Of a stretch of DNA of 32,808 bases, positions 7,152-15,821 are shown piece by piece. This DNA comes from a virus. Each line of letters opens with the position of its first letter. Within the stretch, counting starts at the first letter, position 1. The translations under genes were made by a program, and so were the position numbers. The stretch is taken from the IMG/VR virus record IMGVR_UViG_3300037458_001154; one strand, written 5' to 3'. Under the pieces are notes generated by a model that was given only the letters and a program-made list of their open reading frames with translations, did no database searches and was not told where the DNA came from.

Positions 7152-7684
7152 AGGAACCTGAACCCGTACCAGGACGTCAGCCCGGCGGTGAAGGCGCGCG
7201 AGACGTAGCAGGTGTCGGCGCCCTCGGTGTAGTTGATCCACAGTTCCGCGGTGACGGGTCCGGTCGGGAGCGCGCCCTGGACCGCGTCGAACAGGACCGT
7301 CGTCGGGATGGTGATCGTCCCGTTCCCGTCGCTCGATGCGCCGACCGTCGTCCTCGCTCCGGTCGCCGAGCCGATCTTGACCCAGAGATCAGCGCCAGCC
7401 GCCCAGGCCCCGCCCGAGACGTAGCCGAACTGAACCGAGAAGTCGAGCGACAGGCGCATCCCGACGCCGTATCCGAGGTCGCCGTCCCAGGAGTCCGGGA
7501 AGCAGACCCCGACGTCGCCGACCTTCTCGTCGGACCCGCCGGTCGCCGTGAACGACGCCAGCGACCAGGAGAAGGGCGAGAAAAACTGCGCGAAGTCCCG
7601 TCCCATCAGCGACAGCGTCAGGTCGGGAGTCCACAGCTTCCCCGACGCGTATGACCCTGACGTGACGGGCGCCCACAGCGGCAT
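7148..7684 (-). CDS. Tail/baseplate-associated structural protein, hypothetical
   Basis: 178-aa ORF with beta-rich, Trp/Gly/Ser/Thr composition, located inside the tail-distal gene block and tightly coupled to its neighbours. Confidence 0.6.
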   Translation of the reverse strand: MPLWAPVTSGSYASGKLWTPDLTLSLMGRDFAQFFSPFSWSLASFTATGGSDEKVGDVGVCFPDSWDGDLGYGVGMRLSLDFSVQFGYVSGGAWAAGADLWVKIGSATGARTTVGASSDGNGTITIPTTVLFDAVQGALPTGPVTAELWINYTEGADTCYVSRAFTAGLTSWYGFRFL

Positions 7685-7687
7685 CGC

Positions 7688-8173
7688 CTAGTCTCCGAAC
7701 CGAAGGTTAGCGCACAGCTTCTCGGTCGACACCGTCAGCGTCCCGCCGGTGACGTTGTAACCCTGAACGGTGATCGTCCGGTAAGTCCCATACCAGCCAT
7801 CGGGAACCGTCAGCGCCGACGTACACAGGGTCAGCGTCGTCGAGTTCGTCGACGCGTCGGTCCCGAACGTCGACGACGCGACGTCAGCGATCCGGAAATG
7901 CGCAACCGACGTTCCGCCGACGCTGTTTTTCATCCAGAGCGTCAACCGGACCAGCTCCCCGGACCGGATGAAGTTCGGATACCGGATCCCGAACGTAAAC
8001 AGCGTCGCGCCCCATAGCGTCGTCGACGTCGTGGTCTTGTCCGGCGTGACGTACTGAGTCGACCCGGCCTGCTTGACGCATTGGTCCCGGTCCCACAGGT
8101 CACGCCCGAGGACCTTCGCGCCGTCCCCGGACAGCGTCCCGTCGACCGTCCGCGTCGGCCAGGTCGTCGCCAT
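7688..8173 (-). CDS. Small beta-rich tail accessory protein (161 aa), paralogue-like of 8173..8649
   Basis: The ATG at 8171-8173 overlaps the upstream stop (ATGA). N-terminus MATTWPTRT and C-terminal NVTGGTLTV motif are both shared with the neighbouring gene. Confidence 0.6.
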   Translation of the reverse strand: MATTWPTRTVDGTLSGDGAKVLGRDLWDRDQCVKQAGSTQYVTPDKTTTSTTLWGATLFTFGIRYPNFIRSGELVRLTLWMKNSVGGTSVAHFRIADVASSTFGTDASTNSTTLTLCTSALTVPDGWYGTYRTITVQGYNVTGGTLTVSTEKLCANLRFGD

Positions 8174-8649
8174 CAGTCCTCCAGCCAGCACCAGGAGTCA
8201 TACTGGCCGGCGACGTTCAACGTGCCGCCGGTGCAGGACCCCCAGATCTCAATGGTGACGGGTTCCGGAGCGCCTAGGGTGTTGACGAGCGCCGGGAAGA
8301 TCGACAGGTTCGGCGACGGCGGTCCGGACCGCGCGGCGCTGCCCGTGTTCGTGACGGTGACGTTCGACGACTGCGACCCGGAGATGATCGTGTACCAGGT
8401 CCCGGTCCCGGCCGAGACGTAGCAGGACAGGTTGATCGACAGCTTCTTCCCGACCGCGGCATCGTAGTTCATGACGACGACAGAGGCCATCTTCTTGAGG
8501 GTCGTCGCGGTCTGGTTGGCGAAGTAGATCACGAACGGCTGCTCGCGCAGGACCTCGTCCCGCGCGACCAGCGCCGCGACGCGGGACGTCCGCACGGCCT
8601 TGTTCGGGTCGAACTCAGCGCGCGTCGTGGTCGGCCAGGCTGTCGGCAC
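8173..8649 (-). CDS. Small beta-rich tail accessory protein (158 aa)
   Basis: The GTG at 8647-8649 lies 4 nt after AGGAGG. N-terminus VPTAWPTTT and C-terminal SCTGGTLNV motif. Confidence 0.6.
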   Translation of the reverse strand: MPTAWPTTTRAEFDPNKAVRTSRVAALVARDEVLREQPFVIYFANQTATTLKKMASVVVMNYDAAVGKKLSINLSCYVSAGTGTWYTIISGSQSSNVTVTNTGSAARSGPPSPNLSIFPALVNTLGAPEPVTIEIWGSCTGGTLNVAGQYDSWCWLED

Positions 8650-8657
8650 CGTTCCTC

Positions 8658-10451
8658 CTACCAGAACACATAACCCGTCTCGTTCGCCGAGCCGACCGTG
8701 TTCGTCGTGGCGTTCCCCCAATAACCTCCGGTGTCCTTCTCCGACTGCGACGCCGAGTCATAACTGTCCGTCGCACCGTCGCCCATGATCCGCAGGAACC
8801 GGCCCGAAACGTTCAGGTCGATCGCCCGGTACTTCACCGTCGACGGCGACGAGTCCTCGCGCTCGACGATAAAGAAGGATCGCGCCAGCGGGGACCCCGT
8901 AGCACCCAGGATGTGCCTGGTCGTGATCGACACCGTGTCCCCGATTGCCAGGGACCCGTTTTTCAAGTCGACCTCGAACTCGATCCAGCGGATCCCGTTG
9001 CCCTTCCGGGTCGTCATCCGGCGCGCGATGTTCAGCGCGCGCCCGATCGGGATGGCCGGGTCGAGCAGAGCGTCCGTGATGACCTCGGACCTCTTGTCGC
9101 CGTAGTTACTCGACTGCTCGAGCGACGCGTCGATCACGATGATCCCGCGGGAGTACCGTTCCGTCAGGGTGTTGTTCGCACCGCCGCCGTCCTCGTCGGG
9201 ATCGAACCAGAACGCGACCCGCGTGATCCGGGCGTCCATGTCCTCGACCACGGACACGGAACCCTCGACCAGGTTGTCGTCCGTCAGCGACGCAGTCGAC
9301 GTCGCAGGAGGTCCGATCACGCCGGCACAGAACTTCCCGGCGTCGTCCATGTAAACGATGATGTTCCGCGGCTCGCGCAACCGCGTGATGAGTTCCGTGA
9401 CCCGCATCGGCTTCCGGATGAAGGCCGCGATGTCTGGCGACGACCAGTACCCGTCCCGGACCGCGTCGAAGGTCGCCGTGTTGATGTCGGCCGCGGGGAC
9501 GGACGCCCATTCGAGCAGATCCAGCATCGCGTCCGTGGCCGTGCGCGGGACCGCGGACGTTCCCAGGGCCAGGACGTGTTGAACGGCCTTCCCGGCCTTG
9601 TGCGCCGCGGCCGACGTCCCGAGCTGTCCACGCGTGACAGTCATCGTGTTCGTCGATAACGTGGTCAGCTTCATGACCTCGGCTTCAACCTGGACGTATA
9701 CCGACGACCTGGTGATCGCGGTCGGGTTCGGGAACTGCGATCCGTCCTTCACGTCGAACGACGTCGCGGCCGCGTCGATGTCGGCCTTCAACACGTTGGA
9801 ACTCGAGATCGTCCAGGGCGCGGTCTGCTTCGACAGATCTGCCCAGGCGCTCGCACATTTCATCTGGACCCGCGTCCCGGAGACGGTGATCTGCTTGATC
9901 TTGTACGTCGGTCCGATCTGGACGAAGTCGGACAGGCCGAAGGACGACGTGAAGAAGCCACGCAGGATCCGGACGGGTCGGTTCGCGTAATTCCTGTTCC
10001 GCGCCAGGAGGTTGCGCCAGAACTCGCCCGACGTCCCGCTGTTGTAGCGGCTGGCCCCCTTGTCCGGGTCCGGTGGCAGGGGCCGGTAGTCGAGCAGGAA
10101 CTCGACCGTCACCGCGGCCGGGAAGATGGTCAGCTTGTCCGGGTCGACCGTCTGCGGGATCGGGACGATCCGCGCCAGGTACGGCAGCGCCGGGTTCGCG
10201 TTGTCCGGCCACGGGACATCGTTCAGGCAGAACCTCCAGGTCCGCGTCGTTTTCGTGTACGCGGACGGGTTCTGGCACGTCTGCCAGGTGTAGTAGCAGC
10301 GCGCCCCGTCCCCGAGGTCCGCCGCGACCCCGCAGCCGCCGCCGCCCGACGTCCCGTACAACAGCGAGCAGCGGTCGAGGTCGATCTCGACCAGCCATTG
10401 GACGCGGCGCCCGAACGCGTCGACCTGGGCTGTGTACGCGGCGGTCGGCAT
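8658..10451 (-). CDS. Tail tip / distal tail structural protein (597 aa) with an N-terminal four-Cys cluster
   Basis: It follows the Dit-like gene with an ATGA overlap. The N-terminus carries C28, C40, C52 and C59 (DRCSLLYGTSGGGGCGVAADLGDGARCYYTWQTCQ), reminiscent of lambda gpL / BR0599-type tail tip domains as I recall them. Its size and position fit a Tal/J-like protein. Confidence 0.6.
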   Translation of the reverse strand: MPTAAYTAQVDAFGRRVQWLVEIDLDRCSLLYGTSGGGGCGVAADLGDGARCYYTWQTCQNPSAYTKTTRTWRFCLNDVPWPDNANPALPYLARIVPIPQTVDPDKLTIFPAAVTVEFLLDYRPLPPDPDKGASRYNSGTSGEFWRNLLARNRNYANRPVRILRGFFTSSFGLSDFVQIGPTYKIKQITVSGTRVQMKCASAWADLSKQTAPWTISSSNVLKADIDAAATSFDVKDGSQFPNPTAITRSSVYVQVEAEVMKLTTLSTNTMTVTRGQLGTSAAAHKAGKAVQHVLALGTSAVPRTATDAMLDLLEWASVPAADINTATFDAVRDGYWSSPDIAAFIRKPMRVTELITRLREPRNIIVYMDDAGKFCAGVIGPPATSTASLTDDNLVEGSVSVVEDMDARITRVAFWFDPDEDGGGANNTLTERYSRGIIVIDASLEQSSNYGDKRSEVITDALLDPAIPIGRALNIARRMTTRKGNGIRWIEFEVDLKNGSLAIGDTVSITTRHILGATGSPLARSFFIVEREDSSPSTVKYRAIDLNVSGRFLRIMGDGATDSYDSASQSEKDTGGYWGNATTNTVGSANETGYVFW

Positions 10452-11227
10452 CAGATCGGTTCGTGGACGTCGGCCTCGAGGACCAGCGTCCGATAGGAAT
10501 GCGTGATCCCGAACGGTTGCGCCGCGGACCGCAGGAGGCAGAACAAGCCGACGTTGTCCACGGCCAGGTCATACCCGAACGCGAACGGGTTCTGTGCCGC
10601 GTGCGCGCGGAAGTCGACGTCGAAGTTCGGGAACGACTTCGTCCAGAACTCGGAGTTCGAGAACCCCGGTTCCGGCCATTCGAGCGACAGCCGGCGGCGC
10701 GACGACGTGAAGTTCGCGCCCAGCGGGAACCCCGTTTCCGAGAACGACTCCTCGCGCTCCGGGCGCCAGCCCTTGAGGTCGTGGCCCTGCTGGATCCCCA
10801 TCGGCATCTCGAGCGCCTTGCCCAGGACGACGACGCCGATCTGCGGGGCCGACGCGAACCCGCCCGACGCGGCCAGCGACAGGGTGAAGGTCGTCCCGGT
10901 CGCCGTCGAGAACCCGGCCATCCAGTACTTCGTCCCCCAGGTCGACGCGATCGTCCCGATCGACACGGAGGACGGTGACGTCAGCGAGACGGTGACGTCC
11001 TTCCCCTGCGAGCCGAGGTTGTGGCCGGCGATGAAGATCGTGTCGACGGACGTTGACGCCACGGTGACGGACAACGTCGCAGGGGACGTCGTGACATTCG
11101 CCTTCCAGGAGAAGGCCGCACCAGGACGCCAGTCCGTGATGTTCGAGGCCAGGTATCCGCTCGCGGTAGACGACGCAGTCACGGTGCCGAGAGCGTAGAC
11201 GTTGTGGAACAGCAGCCGCGGGTTCAT
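10451..11227 (-). CDS. Distal tail protein (Dit-like) / minor tail protein
   Basis: 258-aa beta-rich ORF immediately downstream of the tape measure gene (ATGA overlap). The call is positional. Confidence 0.55.
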   Translation of the reverse strand: MNPRLLFHNVYALGTVTASSTASGYLASNITDWRPGAAFSWKANVTTSPATLSVTVASTSVDTIFIAGHNLGSQGKDVTVSLTSPSSVSIGTIASTWGTKYWMAGFSTATGTTFTLSLAASGGFASAPQIGVVVLGKALEMPMGIQQGHDLKGWRPEREESFSETGFPLGANFTSSRRRLSLEWPEPGFSNSEFWTKSFPNFDVDFRAHAAQNPFAFGYDLAVDNVGLFCLLRSAAQPFGITHSYRTLVLEADVHEPI

Positions 11228-12840
11228 CGTCCGGCGCTCCGTAGTTCGCGGGTCATCTGTTCGGACAGTTCGCGCGCGAAGGCTTCCAGGTTCTGGATGT
11301 AACCCTGGCCCGTGATGACCACGTTAACGACCGTCTCGCGCTCCCCGCTGACTGTCGACGGGACGGCCGGCACGATCTCCTTCCCGCCAGGCCGGCCCTT
11401 CCCGCCGGCCCCGCTGCCTCCGGTTCCGCTCGAGAAGCCACCGGACACCGCCGCGATCACGCCCCAGGCCGCCGCCGCGATGGCGAACTTCGCAGCCGCC
11501 GCGTAGAACTGCGGGGCCGTGCCGCCCAGGATCGCGGTACCGACTCCGGTCGACGCCATGATCCCGAACGCGAGGTTCTGCAACGCGTATGCCAGGTTCA
11601 TCGTGACCATCTGCTTTGCGATGGTGTTCAGGGCCTTCTTCCACGACGTCTCGCCCGCGAGCGCGGCCATGATCTGCGCCGTGGCCAGACCAGCGAAGGC
11701 CTCCGCGTTCAGCTTGACGGCTTCGTGTGTTGCGATCTGCCCGAGCGTGAGTTCGTTCGTCGACTCCGTCAGCGGCGGGACGAGTCCCATCTGAACCGCA
11801 AGTTGCCGATTCATCTCGCCTAGACCTGAAACGAGGACGTTCAGGACGTCCGTCATCTCCGTCCAGCCCCGAACGATCGCCGCGATCCGGTCCTCCTGGA
11901 ACATCGTCCCGGCGCCCCATTCGCCACCAGAACCGACGTTGTTCCAGGCCTCGTCGCCCGACCCGAGTCCGAACCAACCCGTCCCGCCGTCCTCCTGCGA
12001 GGTGAACTTCGCGTTCGTCTGGTCGATCAGCTCGAACAGGCCTTGCAGCTTCCAGTATTCTTTCTCTGTGGCCTCGACCATCCGGTAGACGTGCGCGACC
12101 GACTCATCAAACTCCTTCTTCACCCGCTCGGACTCAGATGCCAACTTCTTCGACTCGGCGACGGACTTCTCGAGTCCTTTGAAGACGCGATCCCAGTACG
12201 CCGTGTCCTCATCCGGCTTTATGGCCCCGGCCGGTTGGTAGTTCTTGGCCTTTGGCGCCAGGCTCCCGAGCGCCGCCAAGAACTTCATCTGGTTCTCGCC
12301 GAACAACAGAGATCCGAGTGACCCGGGCCCCGTCACGTTCTCTTTCAGTAGGGTGGAAACGAGCTTGATCGTTCCAGCGTAGCCACGAACTGCCGTATCC
12401 AACTCGAACGTCTGAACGATGAAGTCCCCAAAGTCTTCCTTGGTCTCTCTGTAGGCGACCCCCAGGTCGCTCATCGCTGTCTTGAACTCCTCCGAGCTGC
12501 GAACGGCATCCGCGAGGAACGCGACCAGGCCAACGCCAACCAGGGCTGCAGCCGCCGCCGCAACCGTCCCGAGCGTCAGTCCGAGCGCCGCGACCCCCGT
12601 TGCTGCCTGGTCCGATCCCGCAGCCATGTTTCGCAGCGAGAGTTCGAGTTCCTCGGCTCTCTGACGAGTGTCGTGGATCGTGTCGAGGAACTCGTTCATC
12701 CGCTGCTGCGCCGGGCTCAGCCCGTCCGACGCCGCCGCGCCGGCCAGTGCCATACTCCCGCTGAATTCGCGCAGTTTGGTCTGAGCGGTCGCCGTGTCGA
12801 CTTCGACGACGACCTTCAGGCCTTCTACGGGTCCGAACAT
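11224..12840 (-). CDS. Tail tape measure protein
   Basis: 538 aa, helical and Ala/Gly/Leu-rich, with hydrophobic blocks (AALGLTLGTVAAAAAALVGVGLVAFL; FAIAAAAWGVIAAVSGG) and a Gly-rich tract. It lies directly downstream of the G/GT chaperone pair. Confidence 0.8.
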   Translation of the reverse strand: MFGPVEGLKVVVEVDTATAQTKLREFSGSMALAGAAASDGLSPAQQRMNEFLDTIHDTRQRAEELELSLRNMAAGSDQAATGVAALGLTLGTVAAAAAALVGVGLVAFLADAVRSSEEFKTAMSDLGVAYRETKEDFGDFIVQTFELDTAVRGYAGTIKLVSTLLKENVTGPGSLGSLLFGENQMKFLAALGSLAPKAKNYQPAGAIKPDEDTAYWDRVFKGLEKSVAESKKLASESERVKKEFDESVAHVYRMVEATEKEYWKLQGLFELIDQTNAKFTSQEDGGTGWFGLGSGDEAWNNVGSGGEWGAGTMFQEDRIAAIVRGWTEMTDVLNVLVSGLGEMNRQLAVQMGLVPPLTESTNELTLGQIATHEAVKLNAEAFAGLATAQIMAALAGETSWKKALNTIAKQMVTMNLAYALQNLAFGIMASTGVGTAILGGTAPQFYAAAAKFAIAAAAWGVIAAVSGGFSSGTGGSGAGGKGRPGGKEIVPAVPSTVSGERETVVNVVITGQGYIQNLEAFARELSEQMTRELRSAGR

Positions 12841-13585
12841 CGGAACTCCTCGAGCGCGACGGGCGCTAGGTCAGCCGGCGGGATCGAATGAACGGACCCG
12901 GCCCGTTCGCGGTTCTCGACGGCCTCGAACAGGTACCGCGCCTGGGACAGGACGTGTTGCTGCTCGCCCGGCGGGACACGCAGGACGTCGAGCATCGGGA
13001 TCCAGGCCTCGAGCCGCGGGGTCAGGTAGACGCCACCGCCCTCGAGTCCCATCGGGGACTGGTTGACGACCTGATCGCGAACCGCCTGGAAGTACTCGAT
13101 CACGAACCAGTCTCCCGACGTCAGGCGTTCTGCGGCCGAACACGCCAGGCAGGGCAGCGCCTTGCAGCCGGCGTGGTCGTCCGGTACGGCCCCAGGGTTC
13201 CGGATCAGCGGCACCGCCCATCTCAGGAGACGGAGCCGCTGCCTCCGTTTCCCTCGTCCAGCCACGCCGAGAAGTCCGCGATCCGACCTTGGACCCAGGC
13301 CATCAGTCCGGGGACCTGGTCGAGCAGCGCGACTCGGTTCTCGATCGTGTTCGGCAGCGGGTCGTCGTTCTGGTCGACGATCCCGCGGAAGTCCCGGAAC
13401 CAGTTCTCGCCGATGTACTTCGCCAACCCCTTCAGGTCGCGGTCGTCGTTCAGCACGCGGAACCGCGCCGCGACGCGGTTCATCTCCGAGGTCGTCGGAC
13501 AGAACAGTTCGACAGAGAACTCCGGGCGCCCGTAATGGAACCAGCGCCAGCGGGACTCGTCGTCGTTCAGAGCGACACGCAGCAT
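12825..13585 (-). CDS. Tail assembly chaperone frameshift product (gpGT-like, -1 PRF)
   Basis: ORF 12825..13265 is in the -1 frame relative to G and overlaps its end. After slippage at GGGAAAC the reading continues GKRRQRLRLLRWAVPLIRNPG. The end overlaps the tape measure start. Confidence 0.65.
13223..13585 (-). CDS. Tail assembly chaperone (gpG-like)
   Basis: The ATG at 13585 is preceded by GGAGGA. The 120-aa acidic protein sits between the tube and tape measure genes and ends 24 nt after the in-frame slippery heptamer G GGA AAC. Confidence 0.75.
   Translation of the reverse strand: MLRVALNDDESRWRWFHYGRPEFSVELFCPTTSEMNRVAARFRVLNDDRDLKGLAKYIGENWFRDFRGIVDQNDDPLPNTIENRVALLDQVPGLMAWVQGRIADFSAWLDEGNGGSGSVS
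13247..13253 (-). promoter_or_regulatory. -1 programmed ribosomal frameshift slippery heptamer G_GGA_AAC
   Basis: The minus strand reads GAG GGA AAC GGA in the G frame (X XXY YYZ phasing verified by coordinate arithmetic). This is the same class as the lambda G/GT site. Confidence 0.65.
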
Positions 13586-13595
13586 GGGTCCTCCG

Positions 13596-14576
13596 TTATG
13601 CCTGGCCGATCGTGAGGGTGAACTCGGCGCCCTCGGCCGCGCCGGACGCAGTCTTGACGTCGAACTCGATGTCCAGGATCCGGGCTCCACCGCGCTCGCC
13701 CATCGTCACGTTCTGGTACTGGATCAGCGACGAGGACAGCGACCATTTGTTCCCGGTGCCTGTGCCGATGTTCCCGGTCGACAGCGCGCCCGTGGTCCCG
13801 TTCCGGACCTGGGTCCAGTACGCGATGTCCAACAGGGTCGTGTCCTCGGGGTTCATCTTTCCCTTCGGCGCCCGGTTCATGATCCGGTAGCCGCGCAGCC
13901 CGGTCGGGGCGTTCGCCTCGACGTACTCCTGGATGTCGTTCCCCAGGTCGAGTTCCAGGGTTTCGAGGATCGGGGTTTCCGTCCCGATCGTCGACATCGT
14001 GGCGCCGACGAAGTTCGGCGGGACGTTCGTCGACACGCCGGACGTGGGAGCGATCGCGCCGTCCACCGTCTCCCAATGGCACCCCATCACGGTGAACTGG
14101 AGGACCGCCGGTTCCCCGGCCTTGGCGATCAGCTTCAGGTTCGCCTGGCAGCCGCTCATCTTGTAGATCTTCCCGTCCTCGTAGTACCAGACGGAGTACG
14201 AGCGGGCCGGGTAGATCGTCGCGCCCGTGAACGTCTCGGACGGTGCGATCGTGTTGCTCGAGCCGGGCGTGTTCGTGACAGACAGTCCGCACATCTTCAA
14301 CTGGTCGGCGTAGTAGAGCGCCGCGCCGGCCGTGCCGGACTGGCCGCGGAGGTAGATCGAATACGTCAGCTCGCCCTTGATGCGCGCGCCGGCCATGTTG
14401 GCGACCTTGCCCCACGTCTGGTTCAGCGTCCGGACCGAGATCAGGTCCGGTGTCGACTTGAAGCTGACGTCGAAGGCCGGGAACCTGTTCGTGTCCGCCA
14501 TCGTCGTTTCCGCGGTAAACGCGGTTGCTTCCGGCTTCACGGCGATGATGCCTTTCCACGGAGAGATGACAGCCAT
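13596..14576 (-). CDS. Major tail (tube) protein
   Basis: 326-aa beta-rich ORF with AAGGAGG before the ATG, located between the connector genes and the G/GT chaperones. No sheath gene is present. Confidence 0.7.
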   Translation of the reverse strand: MAVISPWKGIIAVKPEATAFTAETTMADTNRFPAFDVSFKSTPDLISVRTLNQTWGKVANMAGARIKGELTYSIYLRGQSGTAGAALYYADQLKMCGLSVTNTPGSSNTIAPSETFTGATIYPARSYSVWYYEDGKIYKMSGCQANLKLIAKAGEPAVLQFTVMGCHWETVDGAIAPTSGVSTNVPPNFVGATMSTIGTETPILETLELDLGNDIQEYVEANAPTGLRGYRIMNRAPKGKMNPEDTTLLDIAYWTQVRNGTTGALSTGNIGTGTGNKWSLSSSLIQYQNVTMGERGGARILDIEFDVKTASGAAEGAEFTLTIGQA

Positions 14577-14749
14577 CAGGCCTCCTTACCGTCGACGGCG
14601 ACGGCCTGGCCGTTCTCGACCAGGTAGTCCGCAACCTCGCGCGGGACGTCGAGAACGGTTCCGACTTCGTATCCGCCCTCGGCGAGGTTGACCCCGGCCT
14701 CGATCGAGGCCTGGGTCACGATGAAATGGGACCGCACGCGTATCTTCAT
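14576..14749 (-). CDS. Small hypothetical protein (57 aa), not in the ORF track
   Basis: ATG at 14747-14749; the stop shares a base with the ATG of the tube gene. Product: MKIRVRSHFIVTQASIEAGVNLAEGGYEVGTVLDVPREVADYLVENGQAVAVDGKEA. It is similar to the 42-aa ORF at 4065..4193. Confidence 0.55.
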   Translation of the reverse strand: MKIRVRSHFIVTQASIEAGVNLAEGGYEVGTVLDVPREVADYLVENGQAVAVDGKEA

Positions 14750-14750
14750 G

Positions 14751-15821
14751 CTACGTCTCCGAGACGGTGTGGGACGGCGGGACGCCCTGGCCGGCCTGGC
14801 CTTCGCCCGCGGATCCCTCGTTCATGTTGACGGTGATGCGGAACGTCAGGTTGTCGACGACGATTCGGCCGCCGTCGTCCACGATCGCGTCCGACGTCGC
14901 AGACCGGACCTCGTTCAGCCGCGCCCAGCGGATGTACCCGGTCGAATCCATGAGGGTCGGGTAGTTCCGGAAAACGCGCGCGATCGCGGCGGCGTACCGC
15001 TCGGTCCGCTTCCGCATCGCTCCAAGCGGGGCCATGTTCCGGTTCGCGTGGGTCAACCGAATCATGATGTCGACCTCGGACGGAAGGGCCTCGCGCACGC
15101 CAGCGACCCAGGCCGGGAGTCGCTTCTCCTGATCGACGAACCGGGTCGATTCTGCGAAAACCTCAACTGACACGACGTCCGAGGATAGCTCCGCGCGCGG
15201 GGACGTGTACCAGCGATCGGCGCTAGGTAGAGTGATCGAATCCCCGCGCTCCGAGGCGATCTTCGTGAGTTCCGACGGCAACCCGTTCGCGTTCTGAAGC
15301 GCGACTAGGACTTGGGCGACGGCCCGTTCAGCAAGCAGGACGGCCACGGGTCCTCCTTCGAGTCCGCACGTCAGGACGTCAAATAGAACGGTTCGGAGCG
15401 GATCGAAATTGGTCTGCGGGACGGCCAGGGTCAACCGACAGGACGTACCCAGGGCAACGAAGGCGCCGTCACGGGCGTCCCAGGCCGACTCCGCGAACGG
15501 GTAGGCGTCGATCACCGCCTGCTGGGTCCCGTCCGGCCACAGGATATCGAGCGTCCACGGGATCCCTGGGCTGGGCGGCTGCCAGTCCTTGGCGAACACG
15601 GAAACCCTGTACATCTTTCCGTACTCGAAGCCGGTCACGTCGACGTAGGACGAGCCGGTCGTGTAGACGTAGGGGATCAACTCGCCATCCCCGACCCGGC
15701 CCGTGGTCATCGCCAGGCAGCGCGACCCCTGGTACGACTCCAAATCGTAGTACCCGGCGCTTCCAACCATCATCCAGTCGGAGTCCGCCTCGAACGACGG
15801 GTTTGGGATCGTCGGCGGCAT
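14751..15821 (-). CDS. Neck/tail-terminator-like protein with an N-terminal carbohydrate-binding-module-like domain
   Basis: Start at MPPTIPNPSFEADSDW (ATG at 15819-15821 overlapping the upstream stop). The first ~150 aa look like a CBM4/9-type jelly roll (NPSFE start, aromatic-rich). The C-terminal ~200 aa sit in the position of a tail completion/terminator protein. Confidence 0.55.
   Translation of the reverse strand: MPPTIPNPSFEADSDWMMVGSAGYYDLESYQGSRCLAMTTGRVGDGELIPYVYTTGSSYVDVTGFEYGKMYRVSVFAKDWQPPSPGIPWTLDILWPDGTQQAVIDAYPFAESAWDARDGAFVALGTSCRLTLAVPQTNFDPLRTVLFDVLTCGLEGGPVAVLLAERAVAQVLVALQNANGLPSELTKIASERGDSITLPSADRWYTSPRAELSSDVVSVEVFAESTRFVDQEKRLPAWVAGVREALPSEVDIMIRLTHANRNMAPLGAMRKRTERYAAAIARVFRNYPTLMDSTGYIRWARLNEVRSATSDAIVDDGGRIVVDNLTFRITVNMNEGSAGEGQAGQGVPPSHTVSET

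Noticed and set aside
4204-8649. Diversity-generating retroelement or phase-variable fibre locus
   Set aside because: I found no reverse transcriptase gene anywhere in the genome, no template/variable repeat pair by eye, and no invertase or inverted-repeat-flanked segment.
13567-14634. 355-aa minus-strand and 347-aa plus-strand ORFs overlapping the tail tube gene
   Set aside because: Both have Arg/Asp/Pro/Gly-dominated composition. The third frame (13596..14576) gives a normal beta-rich structural protein with a strong SD sequence.
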